A stretch of DNA of 64,000 bases from positions 832,001-896,000 of the forward strand of contig OZ251219.1 of NCBI GenBank assembly GCA_965240465.1, in the 5' to 3' direction. Origin of the DNA: a bacterium (lineage in GTDB: Bacteria > SAR324 > JACQKK01). Each line of letters starts with the position of its first letter. The stretch's first letter is position 1. Positions 47,324 through 57,725 of the stretch are shown here, piece by piece. The notes under the pieces were generated by a model. That model made no database searches. It was not told where the DNA came from and saw nothing but the letters and a program-made list of their open reading frames with translations. A program made the position numbers and the translations under genes.

Positions 47324-49642
47324 CTAAGGCGTGGTACACTGAACGAAGTCAGCTACGGGTAATTGCCCACAGAGTAGATTGCCCATATCGGCATCCTCTT
47401 CGTAAGACTTCAGGGTGGGATAGAAGCCAGCAGTGAAATTCCAGTTGAATTCATTCCAGCCGTTGTTGTCGCCTTCAAAGTCAGTTTCGGTGATGTCGGC
47501 AGTCAAGGCTTTTAGTTTGGCGCTGGTTCTGCCAAGCCCCTCGGCGGCGGTATAGGTTAATACGCTCTCAGCACCCTCAAATCTACCCCCACTATTATAG
47601 TAGTTGCCGGCAAGTGTAGTATCAGCATCTTCTTCTGGTTCCCTCCCGCCGATCAAGTAGCCAACATAGTCATCACTACCAGCACCCCCATCAACATCGC
47701 CTAAGAAATAACTATTATTGATGCTTCCAGAAGCAATATATCCCACCAAGCCACCTACAAAGTCATCACTCGCATCTCCAGTAGCATTACCAGTGGCATA
47801 GCTGTCTTGGATGATGTTGAAATTAGTACCCGCCAAACCACCCACAGCAATACCGCCAATAGCATTGCCAGTGGCATAGCTATTTTGGATGTTACCATCA
47901 GCACTATTGGTACCTACCAAACCACCCACGTGGTCAGTTCCATCACCTCCAGCAGTAACACCTCCACCAGTAACCTTGCCAGTGGCAGAGCTGCTTTGAA
48001 TGATGTCAAAATTACGACCCACCAAGCCACCTACAAAGTCATTATTCGCACCTCCATCAACCTTGCCAGTAGCAGAGCTGTCTTGGATCATGCTGTAATT
48101 ATCACCCACTAAGCCACCTACACGGTCATCACCAGCATTGCCAGCAGCATTGCCAGCAGCAGAGCTGTCTTGGATGATGTTGAAATTAGCACCCACCAAG
48201 CCACCTACATAGTCATCACTCGCATCTCCAGTAGCATTACCAGTGGCATAGCTGTCTTGGATGATGTTGAAATTAGTACCCGCCAAACCACCCACAACAA
48301 TACCGCCAATAGCATTGCCAGTGGCATAGCTATTTTGGATGTTACCATCAGCACTATTGGTACCTACCAAACCACCCACGTGGTCAGTTCCATCACCTCC
48401 ATCAGTAGTACCTCCACCAGTAACCTTGCCAGTGGCAGAGCTGCTTTGAATGATGTCAAAATTACGACCCACCAAGCCACCTACAAAGTCATTATTCGCA
48501 CCTCCATCAACCTTGCCAGTAGCAGAGCTATTTTTAATGGTGCTAATATTACCACCCACTAAGCCACCTACACGGTCATCACCAGCATTGCCAGCAGCAT
48601 TGCCAGCAGCAGAGCTGTCTTGGATCATGCTGTAATTAACACCCACCAAACCACCCACAAAGTCATAATCACCAGCACCACCAAAAACATTGCCAGTGGC
48701 AGAGCTGTCTTGGATTATGTTGTAATTACCACCCACCAAGCCACCTACATAGTCATAATCACCACCGACGGCAGTAACCGAGATCCCCGTAATAGAAACA
48801 TCGGATATAAATCCATCATTGGCGGCGGCTAGAACCCCTACATAGTTGGGACTGTTTTGAATGCCATTAACATAGTTACTGGTAACTGAACCTGTTGCAA
48901 AGGATAAGTTCCGTACCGTGCTATTAGCAGTCAAGTGTATAAATAAGCCCGCGTCTTTGGTGTTAGCGTCAGTGACAATGATTAGGTTGCTGATGGTGTT
49001 GTCATTGCCTTCTAAGATAGCGCTAAAACCACCCATAATGGGTTCAAAGCTGATGGATAGCAAGTCAATGTTATTGACTAATTCATAGCCCTTGCAAACA
49101 GGACCTGAACCTATGTCTGACTTTGGACAGCCTACATTATAGCCTACATTACTGGGGCTGCCATCCAGGCTGTAGCGGATATTGTTTAGCTCGGTAGCAG
49201 TGGCAATCTCTATCAGACCGTCATTATCATCATCCACGTCCACTGCATCGCCAAATCCATCGCTATCAGTATCGGTATCATCGCTACCATTGCCATCATC
49301 ATCGTCGTCTTCATTTTGGTCTCGACAGCCATCAGAATCGTAGTCGTTGATATATTTAACGCTGATAAAACTTATGAGGCTTTTTTGGCAACCATCAACA
49401 CCATCTTCTATGCCATCATTGTCGTCATCGGTGTCTTCGCCGTCATCTTTGCAACCGTCTCCATCGTAGTCGTTTTCGGGGGTACTGACGAATTTCTTAT
49501 AAGCACTAGGGGAGCATTGGTCTACAGTATCAAGGACGCCATCGCCATCGGTATCAGCAGGCTTGGAACTGCCAGTACCGCCTCCGCAGCTGGCTAAAAA
49601 TAGAGCAAAAATACAAGCTGAAATTAAGGATAATCTGTCCAT
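47324..49642 (-). CDS. GLUG-repeat lipoprotein 5
   Basis: MDRLSL...FLASC; TSP3-like repeats; internal ~150-aa GLUG block duplication; ends LLCGQLPVADFVQCTTP. Confidence 0.88.
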   Translation of the reverse strand: MDRLSLISACIFALFLASCGGGTGSSKPADTDGDGVLDTVDQCSPSAYKKFVSTPENDYDGDGCKDDGEDTDDDNDGIEDGVDGCQKSLISFISVKYINDYDSDGCRDQNEDDDDDGNGSDDTDTDSDGFGDAVDVDDDNDGLIEIATATELNNIRYSLDGSPSNVGYNVGCPKSDIGSGPVCKGYELVNNIDLLSISFEPIMGGFSAILEGNDNTISNLIIVTDANTKDAGLFIHLTANSTVRNLSFATGSVTSNYVNGIQNSPNYVGVLAAANDGFISDVSITGISVTAVGGDYDYVGGLVGGNYNIIQDSSATGNVFGGAGDYDFVGGLVGVNYSMIQDSSAAGNAAGNAGDDRVGGLVGGNISTIKNSSATGKVDGGANNDFVGGLVGRNFDIIQSSSATGKVTGGGTTDGGDGTDHVGGLVGTNSADGNIQNSYATGNAIGGIVVGGLAGTNFNIIQDSYATGNATGDASDDYVGGLVGANFNIIQDSSAAGNAAGNAGDDRVGGLVGDNYSMIQDSSATGKVDGGANNDFVGGLVGRNFDIIQSSSATGKVTGGGVTAGGDGTDHVGGLVGTNSADGNIQNSYATGNAIGGIAVGGLAGTNFNIIQDSYATGNATGDASDDFVGGLVGYIASGSINNSYFLGDVDGGAGSDDYVGYLIGGREPEEDADTTLAGNYYNSGGRFEGAESVLTYTAAEGLGRTSAKLKALTADITETDFEGDNNGWNEFNWNFTAGFYPTLKSYEEDADMGNLLCGQLPVADFVQCTTP

Positions 49643-49836
49643 CAAAAGTTTTTCAATTTAATCTTTTGTGAAATATTGGCTAAAAAGTATTGCCAAGCCC
49701 AACCAGCACCCTACCCACATGAGTATGCTATTTAACTCCTTGTCAAGCTTTTTTTTTTGATGAGACGATATTTTTTTAAGTGCCGAGTTTAGATAGGTTG
49801 TATTTCACAGAAGCGGGCAATCAGTCGGGGTCTAGC

Positions 49837-51894
49837 CTAAGGTGTGAGACACTGAACGAAGTCGGTGGGTTGGTTACAGAGTAACTTGCCATGAATTTGG
49901 GCATTATTGGAATTCTCCTGATAGGATTTCAGGCTGGGGTATTGGCTTGTTGAACCAAAATCCCAATTTTTGGCACTCCAGCCGTTTGTAAAGTCAGCTT
50001 CGGTGATGGCAGCAGTCAAGTTTTTTAGGTCGGTGCTGGTTTTGCTTTTAACATTGTCGTCGCTAAGGTTTAATACGTTCCCATTATTCAACTGGCTATT
50101 ACTATTATAATAGTTGCTGGTAATTGTAATTGTCCCAGTCCCAGCACCTTTTTTGCCAAGTAAAACCCCCACTTCATCGGTTCCTTCGTCCCCATCCACA
50201 TTGCCTAAGGAATAACTGTTCTGGATGATTGTTACATAAAAATGCTCATCATTATCAATATATCCCAGCAAGCCACCTACAACGTCATTTTCGGTACCGC
50301 CAGCAACATTGCCAGTGGCATAGACATTTTGGATGATGCTGTTGCTGACAGATCCTGCCAAACCACCTACCTTGTCATCACCAGCACCTCCAGTAGCTTT
50401 GCCAGTGGCATAGACATTTTTGATGATGTTGTTGCTGACAGATCCTGCCAAACCACCTACCTGATCATCACCAGCACCTCCAGTAGCTTTGCCAGTGGCA
50501 GAGCTGTTTTGGATGGTACTAAAATTACCACCCACCAAGCTACCTACAACGTCATTTCCGGTACCGCCATCAACATCGCCAGTGGCATAGCTGTCTTTGA
50601 CGGTGCCAAGTGAAATACCAACACCTACCAAGCCACCTACCTGGTCATCACCAGCACCTCCAGTAGCTTTGCCAGTGGCAAAGCTGCTTTGGATGGTACT
50701 AAAATTACCACCCACCAAGCTACCTACAACGTCACTATCACCTTTACCACCATCAACATTGCCAGTAGCAGAGCTGTTTTGGATGGCACCGAAATTAATC
50801 CCTACCAAACCACCTACAACGTCACTATCACCTTTACCGCCTGTAACGACAGTAGTAACAGCAGAGCTATTTTCGATGGTGCCAGTATTATTACTCACCA
50901 AGCCACCCAGTTTATCATGATCATCATAACCGCCAGTAACAGAGCTATTAGTGATAGAGCTATCTTGGATAATGTTCAAATTATCACCTACCAAGCCACC
51001 TACATAATTAGACATACCAGCACCGCCAGTAACAGAGCTATTAGTGATAGAGCTATTTTCGATGATGCCAGTAACACCATTATAACCCACCAAGCTACCT
51101 ACATAGTCATAATTACCACCGCCGGCAATAACCGAGATCCCCGTAGTAGAAACATTGGATATTGTTCCCATATTACCGGCAGATAGGACCCCTAAATAGT
51201 TGGCACTTTTTGAAGTGCCGCCAGTATAGCCACTGGTAACTGAACATGTTGCAAAGTACAGGTTCCGTACCGTGCTACCAGCAGCCAAGAATATAAATAA
51301 GCCCGCGTCTTTGGTGCTAGCGTCAGCGACAATGACTAGGTTGCTGATGGTTTTATTATTGCCTTCTAAGGTAGCGGTAAAATCACCAGCGATAGGCACC
51401 CAGTTTCTGGTATCAGGAGCAGTTGGAGCGTCTAAGATAATGTCCCTGACTAGTTCATAGCCACTACAAGCTGGACCTGAACCTGTGTCTAGACAGCCTG
51501 CATTAGAGCCTTGATCACTGGCACCTTCTTTATAGAGGCTGCCGTCCAGGCTGTAGCGGATATTGTTTAGCTTCTCAGCAGTGGTAATCTCTATCAGACC
51601 GTTATTATCATCATCCACGTCCACTGCATCGCCAAATCCATCGGTATCAACATCGGTATCGGGGTTACCATCGCCATCATCATCGGAGTCTTCATCTTGG
51701 TCTCGACAGCCATCAGAATCGTAGTCGGTGCTACCATCACTGATGAAGCCTCTGGGGCTGTTGGGGCACTTATCTACCAGATCGGTGATGCCGTCGCCAT
51801 CGGCATCATTAGTTCCGCTACTGCCACTATTATTGCCACAGCTGGTTAAGAAAACAGCAAAAATACATACTGAAGTTAAGAATAATTTGTTCAT
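49837..51894 (-). CDS. GLUG-repeat lipoprotein 6
   Basis: MNKLFL...FLTSC; TSP3-like and GLUG repeats; ends LLCNQPTDFVQCLTP. Confidence 0.88.
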   Translation of the reverse strand: MNKLFLTSVCIFAVFLTSCGNNSGSSGTNDADGDGITDLVDKCPNSPRGFISDGSTDYDSDGCRDQDEDSDDDGDGNPDTDVDTDGFGDAVDVDDDNNGLIEITTAEKLNNIRYSLDGSLYKEGASDQGSNAGCLDTGSGPACSGYELVRDIILDAPTAPDTRNWVPIAGDFTATLEGNNKTISNLVIVADASTKDAGLFIFLAAGSTVRNLYFATCSVTSGYTGGTSKSANYLGVLSAGNMGTISNVSTTGISVIAGGGNYDYVGSLVGYNGVTGIIENSSITNSSVTGGAGMSNYVGGLVGDNLNIIQDSSITNSSVTGGYDDHDKLGGLVSNNTGTIENSSAVTTVVTGGKGDSDVVGGLVGINFGAIQNSSATGNVDGGKGDSDVVGSLVGGNFSTIQSSFATGKATGGAGDDQVGGLVGVGISLGTVKDSYATGDVDGGTGNDVVGSLVGGNFSTIQNSSATGKATGGAGDDQVGGLAGSVSNNIIKNVYATGKATGGAGDDKVGGLAGSVSNSIIQNVYATGNVAGGTENDVVGGLLGYIDNDEHFYVTIIQNSYSLGNVDGDEGTDEVGVLLGKKGAGTGTITITSNYYNSNSQLNNGNVLNLSDDNVKSKTSTDLKNLTAAITEADFTNGWSAKNWDFGSTSQYPSLKSYQENSNNAQIHGKLLCNQPTDFVQCLTP

Positions 51895-51978
51895 AAGCGA
51901 CACTACGGTTCAATTGTTGTGAAATGCTGGCTAAAAAGTGGGGCGTTCTGTTAGTATGGTTGCAAAAGACCAGTCTTA

Positions 51979-52003
51979 AGGCATTCCTTAAAAAGGAATG
52001 CCT
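51979..52003. other. Inverted repeat after lipoprotein 7 (possible terminator or operator)
   Basis: AGGCATTCCTT-aaa-AAGGAATGCCT; related hairpin at ~54691-54714. Confidence 0.5.
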
Positions 52004-52035
52004 AATGTCAGGAAAAGCAACAACAGATAATCTGC

Positions 52036-54588
52036 CTAGGGATCAACCTGGGGACACTGAACGAAGTCAGGGTCGGGTTGCCCACAGAGTAACCTGCCAT
52101 GAATTTGGGCATTACCATTATTGGGATTCTCTTGGTAGGATCTCAGGCTGGGGTATTGTTGGGTGGTACCAAAATCCCAGCTGAATTCATTCCAGCGATT
52201 GCTCTCCCCAAAATCAGTTTCGGTAGTACCAACAATCAACCTTTTTATTGCATCGTTGGTTCTGCGGACAGCTTCATTATTGCCGTCAAGCACTTCTTCT
52301 GTATCATCATCATCAATAGCTAAGCTACTAGTACTACTATAATAGTTGCCGGCGACTGTGATCGTAGAATATCCTTTATTGCCAATAAAGTGGCCTACAA
52401 GGTCTGTACCACCACCACCAGTAACACTGCCTAAGGAATAATTTGTCTGGATGGTTCCACCAGCTAAATATCCCACCAAGCCGCCGACCCTATCATAATC
52501 ACCAGCACCGCCAGCAACATTGCCAATGGCATAGCTATTTTCAATGATGCTGCCATAATTTTCACCTACCAAACCTCCCATCCTATTATCATTACCAGTA
52601 ACATCATTACCAGCAGCATTGAAAGCGACACTGATAGCGACATTGCCAGTGGCATAGCTATTTTTGATGTTGCCACCATCATTGTGACCTGCTAAACCGC
52701 CCACAAGACCTTTAAGACCATTACTGCCAGTAACATTGCCAGTGGCATAGCTATTTTCGATGGTGCCACCATCATTTGAACCTACCAAACCTCCCGCCCT
52801 ATTATTATAACCACTAGCGACAATAACACTGCCAGTGGCATAGCTATTACTTATGGTGCCGCTAGCCCTATTAACACCTGACACGCCGCCTACACTATCT
52901 AAGGAACCAGCACCGCTAGTGATATCTCCAGTGGCAGAGCTGTTTTGGATGGTGCCGAAATTGTCACCCACCAAGCCACCTACATAGTCACCTGCAGAAC
53001 CACCCGAACCGCCAGCAATCAAGCCTCTAGAGTAGCTGTTTTGGATGGTTCCAAAATTTAACGCCGCCAAGCCACCTACATAATCACTACCCTTACCGCC
53101 ATGGACATCTCCTAAGCATCGATTGCCTTGGATATTGCTATTTTTATTGTACCCCACCAAGCCGCCTACTCCGTCATTATCCTCATCGCCATAGACATTT
53201 CCAGAGATTTGGTTGTTCTGAACGGTACTATCACGGCTGTAAGCTATCAAGCCAGCTACATAATCATTACCCTTACCGCCATGTGTATTTCCAGAGACTT
53301 GGTTGTCTTGGATGGTGCTTTTCTCACTGTACCCCACCAAGCCACCTATAGATTCCCTACCACCACTGCCATATGTATTTCCAAAGACTTGGTTGTTTCG
53401 GACAGTGTCAATATAACTGTAACTTACCAAGCCTCCCACATAGCCACCGTCACCGTAAGCTCCTCCATAGCCAGTCACATTTCCAAATACTCGATTGTCC
53501 AGGACGATGCCACCCCTATTGAAACCTACTAAACCGCCCACAAAGCCGTAACCAGCGACGTTCCCATAGGTTTTGCTGTTTTGAATGGTGCCCCCCGAAT
53601 TAAGAGCAACCAAACCACCCACATAACCGTAATTTTTATTGTCAGCTCCAGAAGAGATCGCAACTTTCGAAACAATATTACTTAATACCCCTCTGTTCAA
53701 CCCAAAAACACCCACATGACCCTTATGCATTATAATCCCTTCATGGCTACTGAAAATTGAACCACTCTCAAATATCAAGTTCTTCACCCTGCCATAAATA
53801 CTCACATTCGCAAAAAAGCCAACATATTGCTCATCAGAAACAATGGTCAAATTACTGATGGTATGACCATTTCCATTAAAAATAGCTGAAAAATATCCTC
53901 CTAAACCACCTATCGGCACCCAATTGCTGATAGCAGGAGCAACCAGATCCGCTAAATCAACGTCAGCTTCTAACTCATAACCCCGACAACCCGTACTGGG
54001 ACAACCTACCTCAGAACCTATATTCTCACCCTCGTCATCCTCCTCATCATCGTAGTGAGTACCATCCAAGTCATAGCGAATGTTACTTAAACCTTCAGCA
54101 TCGTAAAGCTCTATTAAACCATCGCCATCAGCATCCAAGTCTTCGGTATCTAGCACGCCATCATTGTCGTCATCAGTATCCACTGCATCCGCCACCCCAT
54201 CATTGTCCGCATCAGTCCCAGCACCACCATCTTTGTCTTCGCCTCCCTCATCTCGGCAACCATCGCCATCCTTGTCGGTGGTTGTTTTGTTGCTAGTCCA
54301 GCCAACATCACCTCTTTCACAAGCGTCAAATATGTCTTCTACCCCATCATTATCATCATCAGCGTCCTCTGAGCCATTATCTTGACAACCATCGCTGTCA
54401 TGGTCGGTACTCTCGTTACTGACAAAACCCGCAGGACTATCCGGGCATAGCAAATCTTCGCCATTGAGGACGCCATCTGAATCGGTATCAGCAGACCTTC
54501 CACCATCGCTGTCTACAATCCCACCACCACAATTGGCTAAAACAATGGTAAAAATAATACTGACTGAAAGTAGTGATAGTTTTTTCAT
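52036..54588 (-). CDS. GLUG-repeat lipoprotein 7
   Basis: MKKLSLL...LANC; TSP3-like repeats; long GLUG region; ends LLCGQPDPDFVQCPQVDP. Confidence 0.88.
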   Translation of the reverse strand: MKKLSLLSVSIIFTIVLANCGGGIVDSDGGRSADTDSDGVLNGEDLLCPDSPAGFVSNESTDHDSDGCQDNGSEDADDDNDGVEDIFDACERGDVGWTSNKTTTDKDGDGCRDEGGEDKDGGAGTDADNDGVADAVDTDDDNDGVLDTEDLDADGDGLIELYDAEGLSNIRYDLDGTHYDDEEDDEGENIGSEVGCPSTGCRGYELEADVDLADLVAPAISNWVPIGGLGGYFSAIFNGNGHTISNLTIVSDEQYVGFFANVSIYGRVKNLIFESGSIFSSHEGIIMHKGHVGVFGLNRGVLSNIVSKVAISSGADNKNYGYVGGLVALNSGGTIQNSKTYGNVAGYGFVGGLVGFNRGGIVLDNRVFGNVTGYGGAYGDGGYVGGLVSYSYIDTVRNNQVFGNTYGSGGRESIGGLVGYSEKSTIQDNQVSGNTHGGKGNDYVAGLIAYSRDSTVQNNQISGNVYGDEDNDGVGGLVGYNKNSNIQGNRCLGDVHGGKGSDYVGGLAALNFGTIQNSYSRGLIAGGSGGSAGDYVGGLVGDNFGTIQNSSATGDITSGAGSLDSVGGVSGVNRASGTISNSYATGSVIVASGYNNRAGGLVGSNDGGTIENSYATGNVTGSNGLKGLVGGLAGHNDGGNIKNSYATGNVAISVAFNAAGNDVTGNDNRMGGLVGENYGSIIENSYAIGNVAGGAGDYDRVGGLVGYLAGGTIQTNYSLGSVTGGGGTDLVGHFIGNKGYSTITVAGNYYSSTSSLAIDDDDTEEVLDGNNEAVRRTNDAIKRLIVGTTETDFGESNRWNEFSWDFGTTQQYPSLRSYQENPNNGNAQIHGRLLCGQPDPDFVQCPQVDP

Positions 54589-54737
54589 TAGAAATCCTGT
54601 TTTCCGGTAAAGTGAAAATAAAACTGTCTAAAAACAACGATAATTTCTTCATGGTAAATTCTATATCTTGATAATGGAGAGATGGCTAGAAGGCATTCCG
54701 CAGAAGGCATGCCTCAAACGCAAAAACAACTAGCTTC

Positions 54738-54767
54738 ACCATATAACCAAATTGATACAAAAGTCAA
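54738..54767 (-). promoter_or_regulatory. Putative sigma70 promoter for lipoprotein 7
   Basis: TTGACT-18-TATGGT with an upstream A-tract. Confidence 0.5.
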
Positions 54768-54793
54768 GTTTTTTGTATTAGTTAAAATTACCC

Positions 54794-57640
54794 CTAAGGC
54801 GTAGGACACTGAACGAAGTCAGCTTCGGGTAATTGCCCGCAGAGTAGAGTGCCTGCGATTTGGGCATTGCTGGAATCCACCTTGTAGGACTTGAGGGTGG
54901 GATAGAAGCCAGCTTGGAATTCCCAGTTGAAGGCGTTCCAGCCAGCTAGATTCCCGCCAGTACATGTATTAGAAGCATGCCAAGTTCCGCCAGCTGCTTC
55001 GCAAGCAGCCTGATTATTGGGGGTATCCAGATTGATGGCTTTCAGCTGGGCTTTGGTTTTGCCTATCCCCAAGACTAATAGAGTACCGCCTGTAGCAGTA
55101 CTATTTTTATCATAATAGCTGCTCGCAATACTACCACTAACTCTATTGCCAACCAAGCGACCCACCTTATCGAATCCAGCCCCTCCATCAACAGCACTTA
55201 GGGAATAACTGTTACCGATGGTTCCAGAAACATAATCTCCTACCAAGCCACCTACCTTATCCCTACCACCAGCACCGCCAGTGGCAGAGCCAGTGGCATA
55301 GCTATTTTGAATGGTGCCAGCATTTATACCTACCAAGCCACCCACCCTATCATTATCACCAGCACCACCATCGGTCTTGCCAGTGGCAGAGCCATTTTGA
55401 ATGGTGCCAGTATTCCTACCTACCAAGCCACCCGCCCTATCATCATCACCATCACCGCCATCAACCTTGCCAGTGGCAGAGCTATTTTGAATGGTGCTAG
55501 AATTAAGGCCTACCAAGCCACCTACACTGTCATTATTACCATCACCGCCATCAACCTTGCCAGTGGCAGAGCTATTTTGAATGGTGCCAGTCTTATTATA
55601 ACCTACCAAGCCACCTACACTGTCAGCAATAGCACTGCCATTAACATCGCCGGTGGCAGAGCTATTTCGGATGAGGGCTGCACCATTACCGTGATTAGTA
55701 CCATTATTACCTACCAAGCCGCCCACATCGCCATAGGAACCTGAGTTGACAGATACCAAGAGCCCCGTAGCAACACCCGATATTGTTCCATAATTATAAC
55801 CTGCCAGAACCCCTATATAGCCCCGACCCCCGTGCGTACTGGTAACTGAACCTCCTACAAAGGACAAGTTTTGGACTGTCCCCCCCAGGGCCCCCAAAAA
55901 GCCCGTGTACTGGGAGCCATTGCTAATGGTTAGGTTTCTGATGGTGAAACCATTGCCTTCTAAGGTAGCGGTAAAAGGATAGGTAAAGTTACCAATGGGA
56001 TCCCAGTTGCTAGTGTCAGAGCCAGTTAGATCTGCTAATCTGATGTCCTGAGTTAGTTCATAGCCCTTGCAACCTACGGGATTAGTAGTAGGACAGCCCT
56101 CGTTAGATGAATTACTGCCATCATTATAGTGAGTGCCGTCCATATCGTGGCGGATGTTGATTAGCTCCTCAGCAGTGGCAATTTCTATTAGACCGTTGTT
56201 GTCGTCATCCACGTCATCGGTATCTAGGATGGTGTCATTGTCGTCATCGGTATCCTCACCAGCATCCCGACAACCATCGCTGTCGTTGTCGGTGTCGCTT
56301 CCGCTCGTCCAGCCTTTGTCGCCGTTCTCGCACTTATCAAGCTCAGCATTATTGATGTCAGTGCCAGAAATACCATCATTATCTTCATCAGTGCCATCAC
56401 CACCATCTCGGTCCTCGCTAGTAGCATCCTGACAACCATCATCATCTTTGTCAGTGCCAGTGGTGGCGTCAGTGGTGCTGAGCCAATTTGTGTCACCTTC
56501 GGGACAGCTATCATCAACATCAGCTTTGCCATCATTGTCGTCATCAGTGCCATCACCACCATCTCGGTCCTCGCTAGTAGCATCCTGACAACCATCATCA
56601 TCTTTGTCAGTGCCAGTGGTGGCGTCAGTGGTTCTGCTCCAACCTATGTTACCTTTGGCACAGCTATCACTATCATCATCTTTGCCATCATTATCGTCAT
56701 CAGTGTCTTCAGTGCTGTCATCTTGGCAACCATCGGAATCGTAGTCGGTGGTGTCGTCGCTGGTGAAGAAATTGCCTTTTCGGCATTCGTCTAGATCGCT
56801 ACCGACTGCATCAACATCGTCTACCCCGTCATTGTCGTCATCAGTGTCTTCAGGGCTGTCATCTTGGCAACCATCGGAATCGTAGTCGGTGGTGTCGTTG
56901 CTGATGAAGAAATTGCCTTTTCGGCATTTGTCTAGCTCGCTGCCGTCTGCATTAACATCGTCTACCTCGTCATTGTCGTCATCGGTATCCTCGCCAGCAT
57001 CCCGACAACCATCGCTGTCGTAGTCGGTGGTGTCGTTGCTGATGAAGTCTTTATCAAGACTTTTTCGGCATTTGTCTAGCTCGCTACCGTCTGCATCAAC
57101 ATCGTTGACCTCGTCATTATCGTCATCGGTGTCCTCGCCAGCATCCCGACAACCATCGGAATCGTAGTCGGTGGTGGTGCTGCTGATGAAGTCTTTATCA
57201 AGACTTTTTCGGCATTTGTCTAGCTCGCTGCCGTCTGCATTAAAATCGTCTACCTCGTCATTGTCGTCATCAGTGTCTTCAGGGCTGTCATCTTTGCAGC
57301 CATCGGAATCGTAGTCGGTGGTGTCGTCGCTGATGAAGTCTTTATCAAGACTTTTTCGGCATTTGTCTAGCTCGCTGCCGTCTGCATTAAAATCGTCTAC
57401 CTCGTCATTATCGTCATCGGTGTCTTCAGGGCTGTCATCTTGGCAACCATCGGAATCGTAGTCGGTGGTGTCGTCGCTGATGAAGTTCTCGTTAAGGCTA
57501 TTTTCACACAGATCCTTGCTGTCGGGGACGCCATCGCCGTCTTTGTCAGCAACTCCACCTCCTCCACCCCCACTGCTCCCCCCGCAGCTAGCTAGAAATA
57601 GAGCGAAAATACAAGCCGAAAGTAGTGATAATTTTTGCAT
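54794..57640 (-). CDS. GLUG-repeat lipoprotein 8 with expanded TSP3-like repeats
   Basis: MQKLSLL...FLASC; many ~48-aa DYDSDGC repeats; ends LLCGQLPEADFVQCPTP. Confidence 0.88.
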   Translation of the reverse strand: MQKLSLLSACIFALFLASCGGSSGGGGGGVADKDGDGVPDSKDLCENSLNENFISDDTTDYDSDGCQDDSPEDTDDDNDEVDDFNADGSELDKCRKSLDKDFISDDTTDYDSDGCKDDSPEDTDDDNDEVDDFNADGSELDKCRKSLDKDFISSTTTDYDSDGCRDAGEDTDDDNDEVNDVDADGSELDKCRKSLDKDFISNDTTDYDSDGCRDAGEDTDDDNDEVDDVNADGSELDKCRKGNFFISNDTTDYDSDGCQDDSPEDTDDDNDGVDDVDAVGSDLDECRKGNFFTSDDTTDYDSDGCQDDSTEDTDDDNDGKDDDSDSCAKGNIGWSRTTDATTGTDKDDDGCQDATSEDRDGGDGTDDDNDGKADVDDSCPEGDTNWLSTTDATTGTDKDDDGCQDATSEDRDGGDGTDEDNDGISGTDINNAELDKCENGDKGWTSGSDTDNDSDGCRDAGEDTDDDNDTILDTDDVDDDNNGLIEIATAEELINIRHDMDGTHYNDGSNSSNEGCPTTNPVGCKGYELTQDIRLADLTGSDTSNWDPIGNFTYPFTATLEGNGFTIRNLTISNGSQYTGFLGALGGTVQNLSFVGGSVTSTHGGRGYIGVLAGYNYGTISGVATGLLVSVNSGSYGDVGGLVGNNGTNHGNGAALIRNSSATGDVNGSAIADSVGGLVGYNKTGTIQNSSATGKVDGGDGNNDSVGGLVGLNSSTIQNSSATGKVDGGDGDDDRAGGLVGRNTGTIQNGSATGKTDGGAGDNDRVGGLVGINAGTIQNSYATGSATGGAGGRDKVGGLVGDYVSGTIGNSYSLSAVDGGAGFDKVGRLVGNRVSGSIASSYYDKNSTATGGTLLVLGIGKTKAQLKAINLDTPNNQAACEAAGGTWHASNTCTGGNLAGWNAFNWEFQAGFYPTLKSYKVDSSNAQIAGTLLCGQLPEADFVQCPTP

Positions 57641-57680
57641 GGAAAGTCCTATGTCAGAATGCCTGAAAATGCCAGCCCCT

Positions 57681-57710
57681 AAGGTAGCACCCGAAGAGGC
57701 AAGAAGTCAA
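57681..57710 (-). promoter_or_regulatory. Putative sigma70 promoter for lipoprotein 8
   Basis: TTGACT-18-TACCTT. Confidence 0.45.
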
Positions 57711-57725
57711 GAGGTAAGGAATAGC

